DNA of 53,440 nt from an uncultured Eubacteriales bacterium (GCA_902462015.1 CABPZV010000001.1:1-53440); one strand, 5' to 3'; positions 1 to 9,838 are shown, counted from the stretch's first letter. Made by a program: numbers and translations. Notes: generated by a model from the letters alone, not told the origin.

Positions 1-760
1 CCGCAGGAAGACATCGGGGAACTAATGGTTTTCCGTCAAAAAAAATATTAAATGAAAGAAGTACAAAGGCTCCTAAAAATGTAAAACCGTTTTTAAGTGT
101 CCGTTTTATAAAGCGTGACTTGTCGGTAAGAATATTCTCCTCGTAATCGGTTTTCATGTTATTAAAAAAAACAGAGTCTGTTTTTAAAATATTATAGCAG
201 CCTGCAAGCCTTATAATCCAGATTATACCGGCAATTAGCTGTATAACTGCCGATATTATCAAAACGATTCCTATATATGGTTCGAGAATATAACCTGCAC
301 CTTCTTCTATATACAAGTAGGTCAGCTGAGGCAGAAGAGTAAGGATATTCCTAGCTATAATAAATACCATGGTTTCCTTGCAGGCTTTTTGAAGGCTTGA
401 AACCGACTTGATTCCGTCATATTTTGTGCTTAAAATCATTGCCCCGTTCTTAAAGGAGTTAATTGCGGGTATGAAGAAAATTAACTCTATAATTGTGAAT
501 ACAAAAGTGAATACAAGAAAAAATCCGCTATCTGTGGAATAAAAGCTCAGCCATATGAAGCTGAACAGTTTTGCAAGCTCTGTCCAGAACAGTTTTGCAA
601 TACCGCGCCGCGCAGTATATATATCTGAAGAAAGATCGCTTATTTTTGTAATTGCAAACCAAACTATACCAAGACCAATAAAGTCCGGAATTATATCGAT
701 AATGTTTATATTCGGATTTGCTAAAAACAGCATTCCGATAAAGAATAACTTAAGATTCAT
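1..760 (-). CDS. hypothetical polytopic membrane protein, N-terminal part (gene runs off the window start)
   Basis: Absent from the ORF track because no stop codon lies in the window. Hand translation of the minus strand from ATG at 760-758 gives MNLKLFFIGMLFLANPNINIIDIIPDFIGLGIVWFAITKISDLSSDIYTARRGIAKLFWTELAKLFSFIWLSFYSTDSGFFLVFTFVFTIIELIFFIPAIN... and stays open down to position 2. It has several hydrophobic segments. The + strand ORF 555..821 is its antisense shadow. Confidence 0.6.
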   Translation of the reverse strand, partial: MNLKLFFIGMLFLANPNINIIDIIPDFIGLGIVWFAITKISDLSSDIYTARRGIAKLFWTELAKLFSFIWLSFYSTDSGFFLVFTFVFTIIELIFFIPAINSFKNGAMILSTKYDGIKSVSSLQKACKETMVFIIARNILTLLPQLTYLYIEEGAGYILEPYIGIVLIISAVIQLIAGIIWIIRLAGCYNILKTDSVFFNNMKTDYEENILTDKSRFIKRTLKNGFTFLGAFVLLSFNIFFDGKPLVPRCLPA

Positions 761-833
761 GGCATTATCTTCTTTCTTTACTTATATTATATGCAAATAT
801 GTTTCTTATGAAAGACTTTGATGTGCATTAGTA

Positions 834-874
834 TTAAAAACCGGCTGGATTACAAAATCAGTAAAACAGCCGGA
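834..874 (-). terminator. possible intrinsic terminator downstream of secA and repeat R1
   Basis: Stem CCGGCTG (841-847) pairs with CAGCCGG (868-874). On the minus strand it is followed by TTTTT (840-836). The loop is long (20 nt) with an inner GATT/AATC pairing. Confidence 0.45.
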
Positions 875-891
875 TCAGTGTTCAGTGCAAA

Positions 892-1027
892 TTCAAAAAG
901 GGCTTGCCCTATCAAATGGCGTGGCAACCATTCCGGTGGGAGATTGTATCTCCTACTGAATGGTGAAATGTCCCCCGCTGCCTTAGAGACTACCGCCTTA
1001 TATGCGGGACATTTTGCTTAAGTTATA
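892..1027 (+). repeat. modular intergenic repeat, copy R1 (forward orientation, short variant with 2 internal units)
   Basis: TTCAAAAAGGGCTTGCCC...CAAATGGCGTGGCAACC, then core palindrome 928-963, then GGTGAAATGT, then GCCTTAGAGAC and GCCTTATATGCGG units, then GGGACATTTTGCTTAAGTTATA. It aligns with R2-R6. It lies between the secA stop (1033) and the hairpin at 841-874. Confidence 0.9.
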
Positions 1028-1032
1028 TAAAA

Positions 1033-3879
1033 TCATTCGTTTTCCGATTGGTTTGCACCGCAGCATTTTTTGTATTTTTTGCCGCTGCCGCATGGACAGG
1101 GATCGTTTCTTCCTACTTTTTTTGCTCGTTCCGCTTCCATCTGTGCTCTTGTCATCTGAGATGACGGAGGCTTTATCACCGGTCCGGACGGCTTTGCTCC
1201 TATAGCCGGTTTACGTACCTGAGCAGGGCGGGGCTGTGGGGGTCTACGCTGTGTATTACCTTCAAAACCTTCTCCGGTAACATGGGCTACTTCCTCGCGT
1301 TTTATCTCGACATGAGGTCTTGGCAGCACGGAGAGAACTCCCCTGACAGTATCTGCGCGAATCATTTCGCTCATTTCGTCGAACATATCAGCTCCCTGAA
1401 TCCTATATTGATTAATAGGATCTCTCTGGGCATATGCCTGCAGACCTATGCTTTCTTTCAGGTCATCCATATTTTCAAGGTGATCCATCCACTTGAGGTC
1501 TACGTTGCGGAGCAGAATGATTCTTTCAATTTCACGCATTTGTTCTGCGCCGAATATATCGTCCTTTGATTTATATATTTTTAACGCCTTTTCTGTCAGC
1601 TCCTCTATTAGTTTTTCAGGAGTCAGCGATTTTAATTCGTCTTCTGAGTAATGGAAATCGTCTGCTGTGCAGAGAAATCCGAACAGCATAGTTCTCAGAT
1701 CATCAAATTTCCATTCGGCTTGATCTTCAGAACCGGTGCAGGAATTGACTGCGCTTTCGATAAAGCCGCGGATCATGCTCTCGATTTTTTCATGGAGATC
1801 GATTCCGTCAAGAACTTCTCTGCGCTGCTTGTATATTACAGTTCTCTGCTGATTCATAACGTCGTCGTATGTCAGGACGTTTTTACGGCGCTGGAAGTTG
1901 TTTTCCTCGATTTGCTTCTGTGCCCTTTCGATTGAATTTGAGAGTATCTTAGCTTCAATCGGAGTATCGTCGTCCAAGCCGAGCCGGTCGACGACAGAGG
2001 CTACGCGGTCGCTTCCGAACAGTCGCATAAGATCGTCGTCAAGGGCAAGGAAGAATCTTGATTCGCCGGGATCACCCTGACGTCCTGAACGTCCGCGCAG
2101 CTGATTGTCGATCCGGCGGCTTTCATGCCTTTCGGTTCCGACAATAAATAGTCCCCCGGATTCACAAACCTGTTTTGCAAGAGGTTCAATCTCAGTTTTG
2201 TATTTTGAATACAGCTCTTTATACACCTCTCTTGCCGCAAGAACTTCCTCCGGAACGGATACGGAAGATCCGACAGCCTGTCCTATTATATCTTCTTCAT
2301 AACCCTGTTTTCTCATTTCCTGCTTTGCGAGAAACTCAGGATTTCCTCCGAGCAGAATGTCCGTTCCGCGTCCGGCCATGTTCGTTGCTATTGTAACTGT
2401 ACCTACCCGGCCTGCCTGCGCGACAATTTCAGCTTCTTTTTCGTGGTATTTTGCATTGAGGACAGTATGCTCAATACCTTCGAGCTTCAGACGTTTGGAT
2501 AGAAATTCTGATTTTTCGACTGATACGGTACCCACGAGAACAGGTTGTCCCTTTTCATGACATTTTCTTATCTGTTCGACAATAGCGTCATATTTTCCCT
2601 TTTGATTTTTATACACTACATCCGAATGATCTTTTCGTATCATGGGCTTATTTGTAGGAATTACAACTACATCAAGTCCATATATTTCACGGAATTCAAC
2701 TTCCTCAGTAAGTGCCGTACCAGTCATACCTGACAGCTTTTTATACATGCGGAAATAATTTTGGAAGGTAATCGTTGCAAGAGTTTTGTTTTCTTTCTGA
2801 ATTTTAACATGCTCTTTGGCTTCGATTGCCTGATGAAGACCGTCTGAGAAACGTCGGCCGTGCATAATACGGCCTGTAAAAGAGTCGATTATAAGGACGC
2901 TGTCGTCTTTTACAAGATAATCAACATCGTTTTGCATAATACCATGTGCTTTGAGCGCCTGATTTACATGGTGAGCAAGCTCAGAATTTTCCGGCGCGGA
3001 AAGATTTTCGATTTTGAAAAAGCGTTCGACCTTTGCAATTCCGGACGCAGTAAGTACCGCGGTGCGTGCCTTTTCATCGACGATATAATCGGCGTCGATA
3101 TCGTCGCTGAGCTCCTTCGAATCCATTTCCTTTATGCGGTGCTCGCGGAGAGATCTGACGCATGAATCGGCGCGGTCATACATGTCGGTTGATTCATCGC
3201 CCTCTCCTGAGATAATCAGAGGAGTCCGCGCCTCGTCAATAAGAATGGAGTCGACCTCGTCGACAATTGCAAACACATGACCGCGCTGTACCATACGATC
3301 CTTCTGTACGACCATGTTATCACGAAGATAGTCGAACCCAAACTCATTGTTTGTGCCGTATGTAATATCACAATTGTACATCTGCTGCTTTTCGTTTTTA
3401 GTTTGTCCGTGCGTAATCAGTCCGGTAGTCAGTCCGAGAAAATTATAAATACGTCCCATTTCCTCGGCGCCCATATATGCCAGATATTCGTTTACGGTAA
3501 CAATGTGAACCCCTTCTCCGGTCAGAGCGTTCAGATATGCCGGAAGCGTAGCGACAAGAGTTTTACCTTCTCCTGTTTTCATTTCGGCAATTCTTCCCTG
3601 ATGGAGAACGATGCCGCCAATCAGCTGCACGTGAAACGGTCTTTTTCCGAGTACACGGTCGGCCGCCTCGGTTACGGCAGCAAATGCGTCAGGAAGAATA
3701 TCGTCGAGTGTTTCTCCGTTTGCAAGTCTGTTTTTAAGGTTGGGTGTTGTATTTCGCAGCTCCTCATCGCTCATACTACGGTATTTGTCTGCGAGCTCCT
3801 CGATTTTTTTTACTACCGGCAGAATTTTGCGGATCTGACGATCGCTGTAGCTTCCGATAATAGAGTCTATAAGCTTCAT
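1033..3879 (-). CDS. secA: preprotein translocase ATPase SecA
   Basis: Motor motifs MKTGEGKTL and [19 protein letters not shown], and C-terminal zinc finger [14 protein letters not shown]. Start moved from the track M1 (3900) to M8 because [19 protein letters not shown] matches the usual SecA N-terminus. The start remains somewhat ambiguous. Confidence 0.95.
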   Translation of the reverse strand: MKLIDSIIGSYSDRQIRKILPVVKKIEELADKYRSMSDEELRNTTPNLKNRLANGETLDDILPDAFAAVTEAADRVLGKRPFHVQLIGGIVLHQGRIAEMKTGEGKTLVATLPAYLNALTGEGVHIVTVNEYLAYMGAEEMGRIYNFLGLTTGLITHGQTKNEKQQMYNCDITYGTNNEFGFDYLRDNMVVQKDRMVQRGHVFAIVDEVDSILIDEARTPLIISGEGDESTDMYDRADSCVRSLREHRIKEMDSKELSDDIDADYIVDEKARTAVLTASGIAKVERFFKIENLSAPENSELAHHVNQALKAHGIMQNDVDYLVKDDSVLIIDSFTGRIMHGRRFSDGLHQAIEAKEHVKIQKENKTLATITFQNYFRMYKKLSGMTGTALTEEVEFREIYGLDVVVIPTNKPMIRKDHSDVVYKNQKGKYDAIVEQIRKCHEKGQPVLVGTVSVEKSEFLSKRLKLEGIEHTVLNAKYHEKEAEIVAQAGRVGTVTIATNMAGRGTDILLGGNPEFLAKQEMRKQGYEEDIIGQAVGSSVSVPEEVLAAREVYKELYSKYKTEIEPLAKQVCESGGLFIVGTERHESRRIDNQLRGRSGRQGDPGESRFFLALDDDLMRLFGSDRVASVVDRLGLDDDTPIEAKILSNSIERAQKQIEENNFQRRKNVLTYDDVMNQQRTVIYKQRREVLDGIDLHEKIESMIRGFIESAVNSCTGSEDQAEWKFDDLRTMLFGFLCTADDFHYSEDELKSLTPEKLIEELTEKALKIYKSKDDIFGAEQMREIERIILLRNVDLKWMDHLENMDDLKESIGLQAYAQRDPINQYRIQGADMFDEMSEMIRADTVRGVLSVLPRPHVEIKREEVAHVTGEGFEGNTQRRPPQPRPAQVRKPAIGAKPSGPVIKPPSSQMTRAQMEAERAKKVGRNDPCPCGSGKKYKKCCGANQSENE

Positions 3880-4133
3880 TGATATGACCATACCTTTCAT
3901 AAGTACTCAAAGTTTTGTCTTATTCGGATTTTCTGAAACACCGATGATTCTGACCGGGAAAGCACAAAACTTTGCTGTTTCCTCCGGACACGGTGTGAAA
4001 ATTTTCTTTCAGATTTATTTCTTCTTTGACTAATAATTTATTACAGAATAATAAAATCCTGTCTGAAACCGATTGAAACCCTGAAGAAATATCAGACGTA
4101 CCAACCGGCTGAAAATCAAAATATATACATTGT

Positions 4134-4142
4134 ATTATAACA
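4134..4142 (-). promoter_or_regulatory. candidate extended -10 promoter element (TGTTATAAT) for secA
   Basis: The minus strand reads TGTTATAAT, matching TGnTATAAT. The -35 is weak. This would give a leader of about 250 nt. Confidence 0.35.
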
Positions 4143-4232
4143 CATTACAAGTATTTATGGAACAATAAATTGTAAATATTTTTATCGTGGAAACATATAT
4201 TTAGGCACAATTATTGTAAAATATGTTCGTTT

Positions 4233-4277
4233 AATAAAAATACGCGGCCGTCTTTGGAAAAAACCGCAGACTGACCG
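4233..4277 (-). terminator. possible intrinsic terminator of rpsU
   Basis: Minus strand CGGTCAGTCT...AGACGGCCG forms an imperfect stem (4268-4277 with 4245-4253), followed by a T-rich run (plus-strand A-rich 4233-4241). Confidence 0.35.
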
Positions 4278-4335
4278 CTGTATCTTTTATTATCGGCTAA
4301 TTTGCATTTCAAAGCATAAAGTGCGATTAAGGCTC

Positions 4336-4512
4336 TTATTTAAATTTACGCTTTCTCGCTGCTTCTGACTTTTTCTTGCGCTTCACACTGGGCTTTTCAT
4401 AATGCTCCCTTTTGCGAAGCTCAGAAAGAACACCTGATCTCGCACACTGGCGCTTAAATCTGCGAAGCGCGCTGTCAAGTGATTCGTTTTCTTTAACTCT
4501 GACCTCTGCCAT
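4336..4512 (-). CDS. rpsU: 30S ribosomal protein S21
   Basis: 58-aa product [65 protein letters not shown] Shine-Dalgarno lies about 7 nt upstream. The longer track ORF (to 4572) would run into its own promoter. Confidence 0.95.
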   Translation of the reverse strand: MAEVRVKENESLDSALRRFKRQCARSGVLSELRKREHYEKPSVKRKKKSEAARKRKFK

Positions 4513-4560
4513 TTCCGTTCCCCTCCCCTCGCCGTCTGCAAAGAGATAAAATTCCCTTTT

Positions 4561-4589
4561 ATTATATACCAAAAATATATGGAAGTCAA
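4561..4589 (-). promoter_or_regulatory. sigma-A type promoter of rpsU (TTGACT-17-TATAAT)
   Basis: On the minus strand the -35 TTGACT is at 4589-4584, the spacer is 17 nt, and the -10 TATAAT is at 4566-4561. Confidence 0.6.
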
Positions 4590-4741
4590 TACTTTTTGGA
4601 AAAAATGTATTATAAATTTTTCCTGATACAAATCGTGCTTTTAATACTGTGCCTTACCTGAGGATAAAGGTGTTTTTTTAGACAAGCCGGTGTTTTTCTT
4701 TACATTAGGTTTTGTAATGTAAAAAAATTTAAATTAAATAC

Positions 4742-4770
4742 TTGTATATAGCAATAACTTGTGATATACT
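4742..4770 (+). promoter_or_regulatory. sigma-A type promoter (TTGTAT-17-TATACT with TG extension) for the ApgM-family gene
   Basis: -35 at 4742-4747, 17-nt spacer ending in TGA, and -10 at 4765-4770. Confidence 0.5.
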
Positions 4771-4854
4771 GTACTTAATATTTTTGTTTTTAATAATCAA
4801 ATCAAAATCTTTTGTAAACTATTAAATATCCGGCCGAAAGGATAAACTGACAGA

Positions 4855-6051
4855 ATGAAATATTTTATATTGCTTTGCGACGGCATGGCTGATTATAAGG
4901 TTGAGTCACTTGGAAATCGTACTCCGATGGAGGCAGCGGTCAAGCCTTGTATGGATATGCTTGCGTCAAAATCGTTATGCGGACTTGTTTCAAATGTTCC
5001 GGAGGGAATGGTTCCTGAAAGTGATACTGCAAATCTTGCTGTGATGTCTTACGATCCCGCCGTATATTCTAAGGGGCGTTCTCCTCTTGAAGCGGTTTCA
5101 ATGGGGCTTAATATGGATTCCGATCAGACGGCTTTCCGCTGTAATGTCGTTACAATCTCAGAGGGCGATTCTTTTGAAAACAGTATAATGCTTGATCATA
5201 GCGCCGACGAAATTACTACAGATGAAGCAGATAAAATTATAAAGACGATTGATGAAGATCTCGGAACTGATAAGCTTGAATTTTATACCGGAATAAGCTA
5301 CCGTCACTGTCTGCTTTGGCGTGACGCGCCTGATTTTAAGGATTTTGTGCGACCTCATGATATTCTCGGACAACGCGTCGGAGACAATCTTCCGCCGGAG
5401 CCTTTTTTATCTCTTATAAGGCAAAGTCACGAAATTCTTTGCAATCACCCGATAAATGTCGCGCGCATGGCGCGCGGATTAAAGCCTGCCAACTGTATTT
5501 GGCTTTGGAGTCCGGGAAAGAAGCCTTCGCTTCCGTCGTTTGAAGAAAAATGGGGATTAAAGGCGGCGGTCATTTCTGCTGTAGATCTGATAAAAGGGAT
5601 TGGTCTCTGTGCCGGAATGGAGTCAATTGATGTTGAGGGTGCAACAGGAAATGTCAATACTAACTATTCCGGAAAGGCAGACGCGGCTATAGATGCTTTT
5701 AAGCGCGGAAAGGATTTTGTCTACGTTCATGTGGAAGCTCCGGATGAGTGCGGTCACAGAGCTGAGACTGAAAATAAGGTTAAGTCTATCGAGCTTATAG
5801 ACGCAAAGATTCTTGCGCCTGTATACGAATATCTCCGGGAAACCGGAGACGACTACAGAATAATGGTGCTTCCGGATCATCCCACCCCCATTGTTAAACG
5901 TACTCATACGATGGATCCGGTTCCTTTCCTTATATATAATCCTGCAGAGCCGGTAAAAGGTGTTCAGACATTTACGGAGGAAACATGTTCCGGTACTGGA
6001 CTATATATACCGCACGGGTATAATTTGCTTGATAAGGTAATTGTCCGCTGA
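4855..6051 (+). CDS. cofactor-independent phosphoglycerate mutase family protein (ApgM type), possibly the proposed alternative homoserine kinase
   Basis: 398 aa. N-terminus MKYFILLCDGMADY, and EAPDECGH and LPDHPTP metal-binding motifs of the alkaline-phosphatase-superfamily ApgM group. Confidence 0.75.
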   Translation: MKYFILLCDGMADYKVESLGNRTPMEAAVKPCMDMLASKSLCGLVSNVPEGMVPESDTANLAVMSYDPAVYSKGRSPLEAVSMGLNMDSDQTAFRCNVVTISEGDSFENSIMLDHSADEITTDEADKIIKTIDEDLGTDKLEFYTGISYRHCLLWRDAPDFKDFVRPHDILGQRVGDNLPPEPFLSLIRQSHEILCNHPINVARMARGLKPANCIWLWSPGKKPSLPSFEEKWGLKAAVISAVDLIKGIGLCAGMESIDVEGATGNVNTNYSGKADAAIDAFKRGKDFVYVHVEAPDECGHRAETENKVKSIELIDAKILAPVYEYLRETGDDYRIMVLPDHPTPIVKRTHTMDPVPFLIYNPAEPVKGVQTFTEETCSGTGLYIPHGYNLLDKVIVR

Positions 6052-6090
6052 TTACCGGGTACAAAAAATGGATGAGGTTAATTTACTGAT

Positions 6091-6720
6091 ATGAATGGAA
6101 GATCCCAAAAAGACGGGCAGTTTTCTGACACCGGAGAAGTGTCACAAAGTGCCGGCAGGCGGTCTGACACAGAAGATCCTCGCGGCAGAGCAGCTGTTGC
6201 AGTTTTGGAATGGCTTGAAATGTTTGTTTCATGTTTTTCTGTGGTTCTTTTGATAGTCACTTTTATTGTCAGACAATCTCCTGTAATCGGTACGTCAATG
6301 ACAAAGACACTTCATGAGAATGATGTTGTAATTGTAAATGAACTGTTTTATAAACCCAGGCAGGGAGATATTATAGTCGCCCAGTCTGTGCCGCTCGGCT
6401 ATGATGAGCCGATAGTCAAAAGAGTGATTGCAACCGGCGGTCAGACTGTGGATATAGATTTTGATACATGGACGGTATATGTTGACGGTCAGGCGCTTGA
6501 CGAACCTTATGTTCTGTATCATGAAGGAGTTCCTATGCATGAAGCCGATATTTCCTTTCCTCTCGATGTGCCAGAGGGCTATATTTTTGTAATGGGAGAT
6601 AATCGGAACGGTTCAATGGACAGCCGGGATTCGCGTGTGGGACTTATCGACGAAAGAATGGTTGTGGGGCATGTTGTACTTAGGTTGCTTCCCCTCACTT
6701 CTTTCGGAGTACTTTCCTGA
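6091..6720 (+). CDS. lepB: signal peptidase I
   Basis: N-terminal TM segment, GTSM (Ser nucleophile), KRVIATGGQ (Lys box) and GDNRNGSMDSR. Confidence 0.9.
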   Translation: MNGRSQKDGQFSDTGEVSQSAGRRSDTEDPRGRAAVAVLEWLEMFVSCFSVVLLIVTFIVRQSPVIGTSMTKTLHENDVVIVNELFYKPRQGDIIVAQSVPLGYDEPIVKRVIATGGQTVDIDFDTWTVYVDGQALDEPYVLYHEGVPMHEADISFPLDVPEGYIFVMGDNRNGSMDSRDSRVGLIDERMVVGHVVLRLLPLTSFGVLS

Positions 6721-6745
6721 AAAATAAAAGATAAGGGAGGCAGAT

Positions 6746-7615
6746 ATGCCATCCGAAAATATACAGTGGTTTCCGGGCCATATGGCAAAGACCAGACGGC
6801 TTATAAAGGAAAATTTAAAATATGTAGATATAATCATAGAAGTACTTGATGCGCGTATTCCGGAAAGCTCGCAGAATCCTGAGATTGTCTCTCTTTCAGA
6901 CAGAAAGCCGATTATTTCTGTTTTTAACAAGGCGTCGCTTGCCGACCGGAATGTGATATCTGAGTGGAAGCGGTATTATAGTGATCATCAGAAATACTGC
7001 CTTTTTACCGACTGTATTACAGGGTACGGAATAAAGGAGCTGCCGCAGGCGGTAAGAAAAATATTATCGTCTAAAATTGACAGATATATGGAAAAGGGAA
7101 TGACCGGCCGTGCTGTGCGGGCAATGGTTGTGGGTATCCCGAATGTAGGTAAGTCTACTCTTATCAACCGTCTTGCGAAAGCTAAAAAGGCTCGCGCCGA
7201 GGATCGTCCCGGAGTTACCATGACTAAGCAGTGGATATCTGCTTCAGACGGCTTGGAGCTGCTGGATATGCCCGGAGTACTCTGGCCGAAATTCGATGAT
7301 AAAATAACGGGAGAGAATCTTGCGCTGACCGGAGCTATCCGCGATGCAATACTTGATACCGAATCGCTTGCAGTGATATTATGCAATCGTTTGCGCAACT
7401 TATATCCGGAGCTTTTATATGCAAGGTATAAGCTTAATGAATGTACTGAGCTTGACAGCCTGAGTGATTTTGAGCTTTTTGAGCTTATAGGACGCAGACG
7501 GGGATTTATTGTCTCTGGCGGCGAGGTCAGCTTGGAGAGAACAGCGGTTATGCTTTTAGATGAATTCCGGGGAGCAAAAATCGGCAGGATTTCGCTCGAA
7601 AGGCCGCGGTTTTAA
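6746..7615 (+). CDS. rbgA: ribosome biogenesis GTPase A (YlqF/RbgA)
   Basis: Circularly permuted GTPase order: NKASLAD, then GIPNVGKST, then DMPG. GGGAGG Shine-Dalgarno upstream. Confidence 0.9.
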   Translation: MPSENIQWFPGHMAKTRRLIKENLKYVDIIIEVLDARIPESSQNPEIVSLSDRKPIISVFNKASLADRNVISEWKRYYSDHQKYCLFTDCITGYGIKELPQAVRKILSSKIDRYMEKGMTGRAVRAMVVGIPNVGKSTLINRLAKAKKARAEDRPGVTMTKQWISASDGLELLDMPGVLWPKFDDKITGENLALTGAIRDAILDTESLAVILCNRLRNLYPELLYARYKLNECTELDSLSDFELFELIGRRRGFIVSGGEVSLERTAVMLLDEFRGAKIGRISLERPRF

Positions 7616-7635
7616 ATTGGAGATCGATTCATTTG

Positions 7636-8271
7636 ATGTGTAAGCAGGAAAATAAAGTTCATGAGAAGAAAATAAAAAATCCGCTGACTTTTGAAATAGA
7701 GAAGCGTTTTACTTCGGAAGGATATGAGATAATAGCCGGATGTGATGAGGCGGGGCGCGGACCACTTTGCGGCCCTGTAGTTGCTGCCGCTGTAATATTG
7801 CCGCTGGGAATGGTTATTTCCGAACTTAACGATTCTAAAAAGCTTACGGAAAAAAAGCGTGAAGAGCTCTTTGAAAAAATTAAGGACTGCGCCGTTGCGT
7901 GGGCAGCTGCCGAGGCGTCTGTTATAGAAATTGATTCACTTAATATAAGAAATGCTTCAATGCTGGCAATGAACAGAGCGGTATCTAAGCTCTCGGTTGC
8001 TCCGAGTCTTGTTCTTGTTGACGGGAATTACGCTGCAGGTTTTTCTGCCCATGCGGAGACGGTTATACACGGTGATGCGATTTCTCCCAATATTGCGGCG
8101 GCTTCGGTTATTGCAAAGGTTACACGTGACCGCATGTGCGAAGAGCTTGATAAAAAATTTCCGGGATACGGCATTGCAAAACACAAGGGGTATCCGACAA
8201 AGGAGCACTATGAGGCGCTTGCGAGGCTTGGTCCGAGCGATTGTCACCGGCGAAGCTTTCGCTTGAGCTGA
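7636..8271 (+). CDS. rnhB: ribonuclease HII
   Basis: GCDEAGRGPLCGPVVAAAV and DSKKL motifs. The ATG next to the TTG used by the track was chosen as start. Confidence 0.9.
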   Translation: MCKQENKVHEKKIKNPLTFEIEKRFTSEGYEIIAGCDEAGRGPLCGPVVAAAVILPLGMVISELNDSKKLTEKKREELFEKIKDCAVAWAAAEASVIEIDSLNIRNASMLAMNRAVSKLSVAPSLVLVDGNYAAGFSAHAETVIHGDAISPNIAAASVIAKVTRDRMCEELDKKFPGYGIAKHKGYPTKEHYEALARLGPSDCHRRSFRLS

Positions 8272-8317
8272 GGCGCATACATTTGCCGAAAGGAAAGGGA
8301 TTTACCGTGAAGGAATA

Positions 8318-8743
8318 TTGACTAAACGGAAAAACGGCGCTGGATACTCAAAAATACAGGACAAAATAAAAAAGAGAACCGGAAGGTTCGGCGAAGATAT
8401 TGCCTGCAGATATTTGGTTGCGCACGGCTGGCGGATTGTCGAAAGGAATTTTCGTTATAGAAAATATGAAATCGACATAATTGCGGTGAATGACCGATAT
8501 ATTATTTTTACAGAGGTCAAGACACGCTCGTCGGTTGATTTCGGTAGTCCATCGCAGGCAGTTACCCTTGAAAAGCGCGCCGGTATCAGAGTGGGAGCCG
8601 AAGGGTATCTGAAAAGAAACTATTATGATCTTTATCCACGTTTTGATGTGATTGAAATTATTGTTCAAAACGGCGATATGAAAGTAGAATCCATTAATCA
8701 TATAGAAAATGCGTTTGACGTAAATACACGGGCGATACGCTGA
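8318..8743 (+). CDS. YraN family (UPF0102) endonuclease-like protein
   Basis: GEDIACRYL...YEIDIIA...FTEVKTR pattern. Conserved position downstream of rnhB. TTG start with AGGA only 3 nt upstream, so the start is uncertain. Confidence 0.75.
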   Translation: MTKRKNGAGYSKIQDKIKKRTGRFGEDIACRYLVAHGWRIVERNFRYRKYEIDIIAVNDRYIIFTEVKTRSSVDFGSPSQAVTLEKRAGIRVGAEGYLKRNYYDLYPRFDVIEIIVQNGDMKVESINHIENAFDVNTRAIR

Positions 8744-8756
8744 GCTCTGATTATTG

Positions 8757-9689
8757 ATGATGGGGAGAACGATATTGAAAGATAATAACGGCAAATTATC
8801 ATATTTTGACTTACATTGTGATACCCTTACTAAACTTATTGAGAAAAAAGAATTTCTTAGAAGTAATAATACTGCTCAGGTATCGCTGGAAAGGACGTCG
8901 GGATATTCAAGGTTTTCTCAGGTTTTTGCGGTATTTTGTCCGCCCGGCATGGATTCTTCGGGCAGCTGGAAGCTTTTGACTGATATTATTGATGCATATT
9001 CGGGAGAGCTTGTTTCCGATGCGCGCTTTACAGCGTACCTTTCTATTGAGAACGCATTGATGCTCGACGAGGATCTTTCGGGGGTCGATAAATTGGCAGA
9101 GCTTGGCGTACGTTTTATCGCGCCTGTATGGAAAGGAGTAAATAAGCTTGGCGGAGCTCATGACACTAAGGAGGGGCTTTCTTCTCTCGGTGTTAAAGTA
9201 GTGTCAAGGATGCTTGACGCTGGAATTATTCCGGATGTGTCTCATGCGTCGGAGCAGACCTTTGAAATGATTGCGCAAATTTGTGAAGACCGCGGAAAAA
9301 CGTTTGTTGCAACCCATTCCGACTCTAAAGCGATATGCAGTCATTCCAGAAATTTGAACGACAGCCAGTTCCGGAGAATTTTGGGATGCGGAGGGCTGGT
9401 TGGAATTAGCCTGTACAGAGATCATTTGTCCGAAGACGGTCAATGCGGTGTTGATACTGTTATAAATCACATTGATCATTATTTATCGATAGGCGGAGAA
9501 GATACAGTCTGTTTCGGCTGTGATTTTGACGGTATTGATAAAATGCCTGATGGAATTTATAACTGTGCAGACGTAGAAAAGGTTGCCGGCCGGATGATAA
9601 GCAGAGGATATTCCGATGAGACTGTGAAAAAAGTTTTTTATGGAAATGCTCGAGTTTTTTTTGAAAGGAACGGAATAAAACCGCTTTAA
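8757..9689 (+). CDS. dipeptidase (peptidase M19-like)
   Basis: About 310 aa with DLHCDT near the N-terminus and later HASEQT, ATHSD and FGCDFDG, reminiscent of renal-dipeptidase family metal ligands. Start ambiguous (8754 TTG, 8757 or 8760 ATG). Confidence 0.65.
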   Translation: MMGRTILKDNNGKLSYFDLHCDTLTKLIEKKEFLRSNNTAQVSLERTSGYSRFSQVFAVFCPPGMDSSGSWKLLTDIIDAYSGELVSDARFTAYLSIENALMLDEDLSGVDKLAELGVRFIAPVWKGVNKLGGAHDTKEGLSSLGVKVVSRMLDAGIIPDVSHASEQTFEMIAQICEDRGKTFVATHSDSKAICSHSRNLNDSQFRRILGCGGLVGISLYRDHLSEDGQCGVDTVINHIDHYLSIGGEDTVCFGCDFDGIDKMPDGIYNCADVEKVAGRMISRGYSDETVKKVFYGNARVFFERNGIKPL

Positions 9690-9838
9690 AGCGTCGGTTA
9701 TCATGAACCCTTTTATAAAGAGATAAAATAAAAACAAAGATTTTAAAAATATAGAGAATAATGCGTAAAGCAAAGGATATTGCGCGTTATTTTCAGCATT
9801 TGCCGCCGGCAAATGTCAGGAGAGGCACGGTGAATTTT

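Noticed and set aside
555-821. 88-aa + strand ORF at the left edge.
   Set aside because: It is antisense to a continuous open frame of more than 253 codons on the minus strand. That frame has a good ATG and membrane-protein character.
818-1021. Track ORFs that run through repeat copies (818..1021, 1002..1205, 44137..44403, 44141..44332) as possible repeat-encoded peptides.
   Set aside because: Copies differ by indels that shift the frame. No ORF is shared between copies in either orientation. There are no Shine-Dalgarno sequences.
892-1027. Classifying the repeat as a classical MITE with terminal inverted repeats and a target-site duplication.
   Set aside because: The ends (TTCAATAAGG... 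and ...CCTAAGTTATA) are at best weakly inverted (TTnATAA...GG). At the one site where the target can be reconstructed (R5), I see no duplicated flanking nucleotides. I therefore left the mobility mechanism open.
3277-3882. Long antisense ORFs inside large genes: 3277..3882 in secA, 37733..38203 in PFOR, 42785..43456 and 42143..42574 in lon, 48100..48711 in dacB, 35062..35622 opposite prmC/DUF1385, 22425..22964 opposite the Cys-rich gene, and 13835..14230 opposite tig.
   Set aside because: All lie wholly within strongly supported genes on the other strand. They have low-complexity or odd composition, no Shine-Dalgarno sequence and no recognisable motifs. They are typical shadow ORFs.
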